A stretch of 64,000 nt of DNA, taken from positions 7,006,001 to 7,070,000 of the forward strand of contig CM120649.1 of assembly GCA_051362555.1 (NCBI GenBank), read 5' to 3'. The stretch comes from Lingula anatina (Eukaryota; Animalia; Brachiopoda). Below the pieces are notes generated by a model. That model saw only the letters and a list, made by a program, of their open reading frames with translations. It had not been told where the DNA came from and ran no database searches. A program made the translations under genes and the position numbers. This document shows positions 1 to 10,527 of this stretch, in pieces; the stretch's first letter is position 1; each line of letters opens with the position of its first letter.

Positions 1-1178
1 AATAGATGAGTGCCTCCAGCAAATTCAATTAATTTCCAATACAGTAAGTGGATTTTTTTCATATCTGAAACTGCCTTATCTTTAAGCATGAAATTGATCT
101 ACTAAGCAGAATCACAGCCAGAGTTAAACATGTGAAAAAAATTGATATCGTAATGATTTTTCTCATTTGAACAGATGCATTTTCCTATGGGAATAAAATG
201 CTGACTTTCAATTGAGTTGTTCGACTAATGCTTTTGTGCCAACCAAAGGGACCTAAAGAGTGGATTATTAAGTGTCAGTTTTTTAAATCCATTTTCTTTC
301 TTATTTTAAATAGAGTAATATTCGCTCCAGTAAACATTTTATCAAAAACTCTATCACATGCATCTTTACCCAACGCTTCACTAAATCTAATTCCACTTTT
401 GACAGTTCAGTTAATGTTTTATACTTTATTATGTAATCCACATATTTAATATGTTTTTATGTATAAAATTTTATATGTAAGATTCATTTTTAATATGAAA
501 TAAATCAAATCAAATCAAGTTAAATTTTAGATGGAATATACTGGTATATTCTTTGGGCCACAGTACTGTCTATTTCTTATCTCTAAACAAGTTTATTCAG
601 GTCACGGACGTTACATAAATATTTTAAGTTCATTATGTAAAACTGAAGTTGCATTTTAAAGTCCAAATACCAACTACAAATAGTAAAAATCACACGTGGC
701 TGTCATCTCAATCGGCTGAAGAATCTACACACTATGTGAAATCACTTTTATAATAGCACAATGGTCTTCTACAGCAGTGTGCCCCTGAATAAAAAGGTGA
801 CGGGTGCAGGGAAAAACTAGCCTTGCCAACAACAGAGTTGTTTTGGCATTGAATATCATTTAACATTTAATTTACCTATATATCTCTTATTTTCCATCTA
901 AGTTATAAATCAAAAATATTTATACTTGTCTGTAGAATATTCTGTATTCAAAAATTCGTTTTAAAATAACTATTCAATTTTCTCTGCTCTTTTGCATCAT
1001 GGTCGATAAGTATAATTACGTAGGCTGTTACTTGTGGTTTACGGATTCACCATTAAGGTGACAGCCGGGTGTAAACAAAATGGATTGAAAACTAAAACAC
1101 AGTAAATTTGTATTCCAAGCAGATCTGGTACTCATTTAGTGTAAATCTCAGCACCTGTATACGCATGTTTTAACTTAC

Positions 1179-1252
1179 CAGAAAAACAACTTGGACAGCC
1201 AGTTTGCTTTCTGGAGAGGATTCGTGTTCACATGTTTCGTGCCTTCGTCCAT
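1179..1252 (-). CDS. ABCC4: First coding exon of an ABCC4/MRP4-like ABC transporter (rest of the gene runs off the left edge of the window)
   Basis: The reverse complement reads ATG...MDEGTKHVNTNPLQKANWLSKLFF(W), followed by a GTAAGT donor at 1178. This matches the NPLxxANxxSxxFFW N-terminal lasso motif of MRP4-type ABCC proteins. It is too short for the ORF track, and I did not find exon 2 in 1-1178. Confidence 0.8.
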
Positions 1253-1845
1253 CGTGCAACGACTTCACGTAACTAGTAACGTTAGTTTCACGTTGTCCAT
1301 TTCACCTCCTCAGCACTTGAAACGACCTTGACCCAGAATGGTTTTATAATCTCTAAACTTTTTACGTTGTTCGGCTTGTCAGTTAATAGACATGGATAAA
1401 GTATATAATTACATTATTTGTTGTACTGAATATAGATATTTATTGTAAAACAATTGCACCGATTGGTATTCAATGTATTGTTTTTTGTAAATTGCCTGGG
1501 TTTAAGGATATAGCACCGTGAAGCGCCATATTTCAAAGCTGAGGTCGGTCGTAACTCGCTCAGGTTCACATTAGATGTTGTTTAACCGCTGATGTTTTAA
1601 AAAGAACTCATTTATATGAAGGTTAGTATTTTCAGCAGTACCAGATCATGAAAAACGTTTGCCTACCTATTTATAATGAGCATTGAATTTGTGCAGTTAC
1701 TGGTACTTTTTATTAGAAATACATGTGCACTTTACCTTGTAGAAGTATCGCTACAAGTATCAGTTATACCATCACTTTCAAGAGTTAAATATTGCCTGTT
1801 GAGTATTGACAACTTTCTCTCATTTTTGGGTTGGCATACCCTTGT

Positions 1846-1913
<68 letters not shown>

Positions 1914-1982
1914 TACAAATGTAAAAAGGTACCAAATTATAATTATTCATCTTTTAAGTGTTTTAATATTTATGTATTTTAG
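1253..1982. promoter_or_regulatory. Putative bidirectional promoter and 5' UTR region between the ABCC4-like gene and MIS12
   Basis: The two ATGs diverge 863 bp apart (1252 minus, 2115 plus), and CpG is locally enriched (about 1220-1560). A candidate non-coding MIS12 exon ends AG|GTTAGT at 1621, with an acceptor TTTTAG ending at 1982. Confidence 0.5.
1849..1910. repeat. (CT)n microsatellite
   Basis: Perfect TC dinucleotide run. Confidence 0.95.
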
Positions 1983-2114
1983 GTATTGAGTGGAGAATAA
2001 AAGTAATATATTGTTTAACCTTATTGTGATAAGCAAGGGCATCAATGGATTTATGGATTTAAATTAGAGGGAAACAAATTGGCAATTCAAGGACAGGTCA
2101 ATTCAGTAACCAAA

Positions 2115-5100
2115 ATGTCAGACAGTTCATCAGCAACGATAGCAGATAGCACATTGAAGGACTCGCAGTCATCATCGCAGATGTATCAGAGCTCCTTGGC
2201 TATGACTGAAAAAGTGCTCGGAGAGCAGGAATATGAAACACAATTCTTTGGTTTTACCCCGAAGTCCTTTACTGATGGAGGTACGATGGTTTGTTGTCCA
2301 GATATATAATATGTATCGACAATTTAAGAAGCAGTTATGTTAGTGTAGTGGGCATGTTTATTAACTTATTTGCAACATGGTTATTACATGAATCTTTTTC
2401 TTTAACTTGTCAAAAGTAAAACTTAAATGGTTCTTAGTTGACATAGCAGTACATCTGATTCATTGCAAATATTTGTTACTTGCAGAAATAAAAACTGTTC
2501 ATATGAGATTGATATTTTCACAGTAAATACACTGTAAACAACTCACTGAAGTATAAATTAAATATTACCACCAAAATGGCATTTATCGCAATTATTTTGG
2601 AATCTGTGCTTGCCATCAGACCACATGGACCTTCATAGATGGCTATATCTCCATAATAATCCTGCAAGTTTACAAAAAAACTTTTTTAGGAAAAAAAAAA
2701 CATGGACTTATTTTGAATATCAAAATGGATTTTTTTTTTTTTTTTTGCCAAATAGAATTTGTTTTCCCTCTTATTATGCATTTTGATTATATGCATCTTT
2801 CCAAATACTCTGATGCAAAGCATGTGAACCACTTGGGTCAACTCCCTCATTGTTCTCAAACTGGCAAATCATTGCTCTTGAAAATTAAAGCACAAGGAAT
2901 GTATTAGGCCAATTTTAACTTGTAGTTCCATTAATGACTTTACTGTTATATGTACTGTATAAATGTCATTGTTTGTATTTTGTTTTTCAGTTTATAATGC
3001 TGTGAATGAATACCTCACAGACTGTCTGGAAGTGGTAGAGAAATACATCATTCAAGAGGTATATTTATTTACTTATTTTATTTGATATCCATGTGATGAC
3101 AACAGTGTCAGTGTACTAATGAGACAGGAACCTTTCTTCATATAATTTTTGAAAATCAACACAACTAAGTTAGGGGCGGATTTAGGCCATCTTCTGGGTC
3201 TTCTGGAAGAAGGTCAGATTTTCAAGTTTACATTGATGAGTACCTTTTTTTTCTGTTGGAAAACAGTCAAAAATGGAGAATAGATCTACAAAGATTTAGA
3301 AGACTGTCAGAAAATATCTCTGGATCCTCCCCTGTTAGTTTCTTATTATAGTGGAGGATCTATGATGGCTAAGAAGAGGGAAAGAGTTTTTGCCTCCCTC
3401 CTATAAATACTCCCTGTATAATAAAGTTTCAACATTTCAGTTCAGTGCCGTCATCCCAGCAGAAACAGTGAGAGAATGTACACAGCAGTTGCTGCCTGTG
3501 TTTGTGAAGACTTTTGACAAAGCATTTGATAAGTTAGAGGTGCAGTTGGTTTTTAGACTTTGAAAGAGCATTTGATATTATTTATGTGCGTTTTGTTTGT
3601 ACAGTGCATTTGGTTTAGAGATTATTCTGACAGTAGGGAGTTTGATACATGGCACATAAGCATATAAGACCCCATTCCATCCAATAATAGTTTATCTATA
3701 ACATTACATTTACATGTTTGAAAAATAATTATTAATTCGCACAATTACATCCACTCTTAAATCTTTAACTCTGATTAAAGTGTCCCCTCTTAGAGGAATA
3801 TATTTATATTCTTTATATTTTTTGTGTGTACATTCAACAGCACCATTTTCGACTTTCCATTTATGTATGATGGCTTTAAATGGGAAATCTTTAAATCATC
3901 TCTTTTCAGAATTATCTTCTCTGTAACATATTTCACATTCCCAACAATGTGTTACTTCCCGAAGACAAGCCCCAAGAGTTTCAGTACACAGAGCTGGAGC
4001 AGGAAGAGATCGACAGGGACCTGGAGACACTGAGACAGAAGATCAGAAATGTAAAGTCCTATTTACACTGGATGGCGTCCTTTCTGAGTCCCCATTTGAG
4101 AGTTTAAAAAAATACATGCTGACAATTGGCTGATCATTGAGCATTCATTTTGCAACCAAAGCGATGCTTGTGCCTCCTTTCTACGACCACGGCAATGCCA
4201 GTTTCATGGTCGCACAAAGGACGCAGAAAGGATGCTGCTGAGTGTAAGGGGGGTTTAAGGGGCTGTTTTTGGCCAAATTTCAGAAAATTTTCAATTGTTT
4301 ACGTATATTCTCTTATATATCCGCCCTACTCCCTGTTTACTCACAAATAGTGGTTTTTACCTGAGGATGACATTATATATATAATATAATCAATATCTTT
4401 TGCAACACATATGTTGAACATTTTGTATTGGAAGGTTCATAGAGAGCATTTACATCGAGAAGAGCCGAGGTCTAGCAAGGCTGAGACCTAAATATGGCGG
4501 ACCTTCACGAAAGGAAGACTGCGTAATCCTTTAATGGTCTCTCAATGACATTCATTGACATCCATATTTAGGTCTCGACCTTGCTAGACCTTGGCTCTTT
4601 GCGATGTGAATGCTCCCATAGTTTTTTATCTTTGATAGATTTGATAGTTTTGGATGTCAAGTGAAAACCTTGGGTTTCATTTTAGAGACACAGTGTATAT
4701 ATGTTGGGGAATTATTTATGAAAGTAAATGAGTAGCCTCAAAGTGTGTTCTCTAGGAACTGTTAAATCTACCAACAAACAAGGTTCTGCTTGCATGTTTC
4801 TGTTTGTGAGAGGACACACCGGACAGAAAAAAGTGATTGCAATCTGAATCTGGGTCTCCTGATATATTTGAAGTCATTTTTATTTTGTTATTTACAGGTC
4901 TGCTCACAGGGAGCACTCTCTAGATTGAAATGAGTATTTTAATCCTCTTTTCAGGCCAAGTATGTAAATGCCTGTTTGGAGCAGGAATTGAAGGACATAG
5001 CCACAGTTCAGGAACAGTACGACAAGATGCTGACTCTGCTGGAAAGGCTGGAAAAGACGACTATGTCTGCAGGAGGTAGAAGGAACAATCTCTCTCTCTC

Positions 5101-5754
5101 TTTCTCTTTCTCTCCCTCTCTGCCATCATTGAAATTATATGATGAAGAAATTTGCAATATATTGACAGGTTTTTGTGATTTTGCGGATGGAATAATTTGA
5201 TTGGTTATTTTACTGGGATAGGAGCTGTCCAAATACCCCTCCCCCTTCATACATGTACATGTACACACAGACACCTGCAGGCACATGCACACACACACAC
5301 ACACACACACAGTTGTCTCTGGTTATGGACTTATTCTGTTACTGTTCTCTTCAGCCCATTTTTTTTAGAACTTAGCCCAGGGGCAAGAATGTTCCAGTAA
5401 TATCCTACTATTATCAGTGATGAGCTTTGTGTATTGGATCTTGATATTTATTTTCAAATTTGTAAAAGAAATGTTCATACTTACCATTGTAGCCATCGTT
5501 TATACTGTTTCTATGATCAATTCCTTAATTTTCAGTTCCTGGCTTGAAGGAAAGTTTGGTATTCACTTGTGACAAGGTTCGAGCACTGAACACAAGAATA
5601 CAGGAACTAAAACCGCTTTCGCCACCACGCTTTAAGGTGATGGAATACATATTTTTATTTATAGTTATGTAAATACATTGCTTTGTCAGTTTATAATAAT
5701 ATTTTATAAAACAATTCAGTATTTGTATTCATTTGTTTTTTTAATTAGGTCTAA
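2115..5754 (+). CDS. MIS12: Kinetochore protein Mis12 homolog, 7 coding exons, about 233 aa
   Basis: Exons 2115-2280, 2991-3058, 3441-3539, 3910-4050, 4955-5075, 5536-5636, 5749-5754; all GT-AG and frame-consistent (702 nt). Contains the Mis12 signature EYETQFFGFTPKSF..VYNAVNEY, then FDKLE-YLLCNIFHIPNNVLLPED and a C-terminal coiled coil. The last 6-nt exon is less certain; read-through of the last intron would stop at 5672. Confidence 0.88.
3172..3334. mobile_element. Non-autonomous DNA element with AGGGGCGGAT-type termini
   Basis: Begins AGGGGCGGATTTAGG and ends CTGGATCCTCCCCTG (imperfect inverted termini). Similar ends occur at 19385-19621. Confidence 0.5.
4440..4620. mobile_element. MITE with about 60-bp imperfect terminal inverted repeats, in MIS12 intron 4
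   Basis: TAGAGAGCATTTACATCG..GGTCTAGCAAGG..GAGACCTAAATATGG is mirrored by CCATATTTAGGTCTC..CCTTGCTAGACC..CGATGTGAATGCTCCCATA. Confidence 0.8.
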
Positions 5755-7173
5755 TTTCTTTTCTTTCATAATTATTCCAACTGTGGTTGTATAAACAGCT
5801 TCACCATGATGACACATCCATGAGCAAAATGAACAAAAGAATTCGGAAAAGTTAGCGCAGGACGGAGACATCCAGTCCAAAATTTTGATTCACAAATCTG
5901 TATACAAAAGGAAATGTAATCAACTATTACAACAGAACAACATTCATAAAGATTTTCACTAGAAAGCTGGAGATTACACGTGGAAAAAACTTGAGATATT
6001 GCATGTAAAAGGTGGTGCAGATGGTCCATTGAAGATAAGGACTAATGTGTATTTATTTATTATGTGTAGTAAATATTATGTATAATTAACTTTGGGGATT
6101 GACTGCCAAATGGACAACATGACAGATATTACGTCTCTTTTACTACAACAAAATGGCCTCCAAAAGTATGGTTCTGTACAACCTCTGTGTGTATGTATAT
6201 ATATTTGTAAGATAATGCAGAGCTTCCAAGTACATGGAAGTGATTAATTAAATAGAATAAAGCATCACTTGACCTGTACTTTTAGTATTAGTCTCAGAGT
6301 TGTGGTAGTGTTTAATTTTATATGCATTACATGATTTATATTTGCAAATTTGCTGAAAGAGAGAGACTAAAATTATTTACTTGGTAAATCTTGACTAAAT
6401 GTTTGTTGCAACTCATTGTATATTAACAGGTTAATGTGGTGACATATTTATATCCATTTTGTAAAGTTTTAATCATCACAAATATTGAAATGAAAATATA
6501 GTTTCTTACATTGAAATTTCACCTAAATAAACTTGTCTTTTATCAAAAAGTAACTCACTTGTAATGTGATAAATCACAGAACCACGTTATATTTGAAACT
6601 GAAAAAAAACATCGAATCATTAAAAAAATTAAACCTGAGGAGAATTAAGAAAAATAATCCAAATTAAAAATGGAATAGGCATCAGCTTTACTTTTCATAT
6701 GTACTCTTTGTTTCGATAATTGTAATTGAAAGTGCTAAGGCATAATATTTGTGCTGTACAAGATCCAATATGCAAATGAGAGAAAATACGTCTTTTTAAC
6801 TTTACACTGTACTATACATTTTATTATCTTAATATTTTAGCTATTTATTTATTGATTTTAGACATCTTTCTCTCTCCTTTATACCCTTGTAAAGTTTACC
6901 TTACATTTTAAATCTAAATGGATTTAAGGCTGTGAAGAACAAATGTCATTATCAAAATATTTGACTAAAATCTTTAATTGAATAAGCAAGTCAGATCTAC
7001 TTGCGTACCTGACGATCAGGTATGATTTATCATTTATTTATGTGTTGCAGCAGTTGAGTTACTGTAACTGCGCAAATAAATATTGATCGATTGCGTCAGA
7101 TGAGACGGTGTACCAAGAACCCGCATCGTCACAATCCTGCAGAACAACCGAGCCAGCCCGGTGATAAACAACG

Positions 7174-7952
7174 ATGGCGACTGATCACGATCGCGGCGAT
7201 TGTAGCTGGATCCCAATCGTCGATTTAAAGGCGTTTGACATCACAAAAGAAGAAAATGAAGTCGACAGAAAAGATCTGGAAAAGCTTGCTAATGATGTGT
7301 TCAAAGCTTTCAGCACCATAGGATTTGTTTATGTCAAAAATCACGGAATTCCCCAAGATCAGGTTAGCGAGCACGCTGCCGGCTGTTCAGCGGTTAAAGG
7401 CAGTGGCTTATGCAATTTGACGAAAGTGCCGGTGTTTCTGTAATCATTTTACGTAACTGTTAATTGTTGTATTTTGTTGCGAAGTTGAGTTTGATGTTTT
7501 CGCATTTAAATCATAACTAACAGTGTCAAGCTTATATAAGTTATAATTAGATGACCTTACAGAGTGGACGAGGGCAAGAACATTGGGGGGGGGGGGGGGG
7601 GGGGGTAATCGATTTATGTTGCCTCCATTTTATCATATCAAGGAGCGGCAGGTGTGAGAAAATCAGATGAACTTGCAGTCGGAGGACAGTTGGCTATCAG
7701 TAACGTTGAGATATACGAAGAGTTTATCTTGGTTCAAGGCTTTCGAGAGGTGAAGGGGGAAAGGGGGGGCGAGCTGCATGTACGTGCGCCTGTCAGCGTC
7801 TGCCTCTCTGAAAATGAGTCGGATTATGGAATGATTATTTTGTGATATCTGAAGGCTATACTTAACAAATGTATTGATTAATTAATTTATTTATTCATTC
7901 CATTCATTTATTTGTTTGTTTGTCTATTTATTTATTTATAATAATAATAATA

Positions 7953-8011
<59 letters not shown>

Positions 8012-10496
8012 ATCATGTGTTTTGCATTTTGGTGATTTACATTGGTACTATTTGTTATGTTTTGTTTACTCTTAATTTTCATTTTTAGATGAATAAACCT
8101 TTACAGTTAACCATTATTATTCATTCACTTACATAAAATTACATCTTTTACCCCAGAAAATTGTCCTGATGATTATTGTTATATATCAAAATGTATTGTT
8201 TCAAAGCCATGTTGGTAGGAGCACTGTTATTATCCAAAACTCACGAAAAAAAATATTTTTTTCAAAGGGTTTCATTCCTCTGTATTTTCAGATTGACAAT
8301 ATATTCAGGTTGTCAGATGAATTTTTTGCACAACCACAAGAGACCAAAGATAAATTCGTCCGTCCAATGTCTGATCCTGCTGCAATTGGTTACATTCCAA
8401 TTGGAAGAGAATAGTAAGTTTTTTTTTTATACAATACAGACACTGAACCAGTGATATCACTTACACACATACACAAAAAGGCCATACACAATCATTTGAT
8501 CCACGGACACACTAGTCCACGAATCAAGTATGATCAAGTATGACAATTAATTCCTGCCTAGCTCCCACGCTTTCCGTCCCAGCAGGGGCAGAGCAATAAA
8601 TTCTCAGCACACTGTCAAGTGGGTCACGCCATTTTAGATTTGCAGACAAGTTAGTCCATGGATCAAGTGTTTGTGTATGCAGCCAATCAGCTACCTTTCC
8701 ACTCCTTACAAGTATCTGCAGTCACTTATTCTATAGATTTATGTAGAACTATTGATACTTTTTCCTCACGGAATATTGGAGAGAATTATAATGAAGTTTA
8801 CTTCGGATAGGACACATACAAGTATGTAACATGGGTTACTGGGAGCTGCCGATGTGACCGAAAATTCCATTAATTGCTAGCTGGAAGAACATTTTCTTTG
8901 AATGACTGTGTTTTATATTTTCATGGCATTTTAGAGTATTTTCAATCTTAGTATGTCTTCATAGTTGTAGTGTTTATAGTCACAGTTTGATTTCACAATA
9001 GCTTTGAAATATGAATAAAAAACTCAAAAATGAACATTTTTCACTTTTATTGCATAGCTATTGTAAATATGAGTATTATCTATAGCTAATGAATCTATTT
9101 ACACACATCATAGTTTTTTATCGAAACAGAATGTTCTGAACTTGTTTCTAGTTTGTCAGATGATGTAAAAATTCATTTGGACAGAAATATTTAAATGTTG
9201 ATATATATTTCAATTTGAATTAGAAACACTTTGAAAATGTTGTGTTCTAAACATTTTGCAAGCTCCTATTTTCATGGTTTTGCTCTAGTTTTGATGCCAA
9301 CAAACCTGCTGACCTCAAAGAATCATTTGACGCTGTCCCAGGAAGTGAATATTCTCAGGTAAGACAAAAAAAAGCCAGATAAAAGTTTATTTGCAGTCAA
9401 GATTTAGAGATATAGATAAGGATTTTATTGTTAATTTTGCGTCTGAAAAGCAATGCTATAACATGCATACATAGTAAAACACGAAGAAAGAAAGATAAAT
9501 TTCAATATTACATGATTTATTGGCTGAGTTTTATTTTCAGTACTGGCCAAACATACCAAACTTTGAGGAGGATGTTGTTAAGTTCCACAGAACGTGTGCC
9601 AAGCTGGGCTTACGATTGCTCAAACTGATTGGAATGGGATTAGGACTGGAGGTAATGTGTATATATTTAGGTAGACCACATCTGTCTTGAAAAGTTCAAA
9701 CTTGTTGGGGGAGGATATGAAGTGTGTACTTTGTAATGCTCTGCTGGATCTTATTGTGAGGCTTTTGAAAGCAGAAAAGAAGTGGACAAGAAGAAGTGTT
9801 CATTTCCTGTCAGAATGGAGTCTTGTACACGTATTCAATCAAGTTGGGCAAACCAAATTTAATAAAACTCAATATTTTCTTTATTTCTTGGCTCACTAAA
9901 GTCTTGTTTCTATTAAAGTTGGGTTCACCAAACATTGTGATTTAGGAAGCCTAATAGAATATAATGGCTAACCTCAAGTACAGTTCTGGTATATTAAAAA
10001 CAACATAGGGGGTGCGTACTTAAAGATGTCAGACATACTCACTAGTCATGACTCCATTTAAGTTAGGTTGACCTTACTTAGTGAATCCTATCTCAGTTGG
10101 CTCTTTCATTATGATAAAATGGCTATAGGAAGCCTGTTGAATGGAAATGTTGGAGTCCGCAAAACTTCTGAAAGTCTGATATCAATGTAAGTGCCCAGTA
10201 TTATAGTTTTTACTATAAAAATAATTAAAATATTATTTTTTTGCCTTTGAACTGGATGAATCATAATTTACATTCTAATGACTTGAATGTGGACTTAGTT
10301 TACAAACATCTGTTACTTTTCAATAACTATGGAGCCAAATATTTTCATTCCTTTAGAAGTTGTACATGTACAATCCAATATCAGAAAAGAAAATCCAATC
10401 TAAAGAGATGCTGAGTGTTTTGATTGAAATACCCATTGTCACAAATATGTGACATTTTATAAGTCATATAGTAGTTGTGTACAACAACATTCACAG

Positions 10497-10527
<31 letters not shown>

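Noticed and set aside
8412-8414. Apparent in-frame TAG truncating the dioxygenase
   Set aside because: The codon is split by the intron: TA|GTAAGT joins T at 9289 to give TAT (Tyr).
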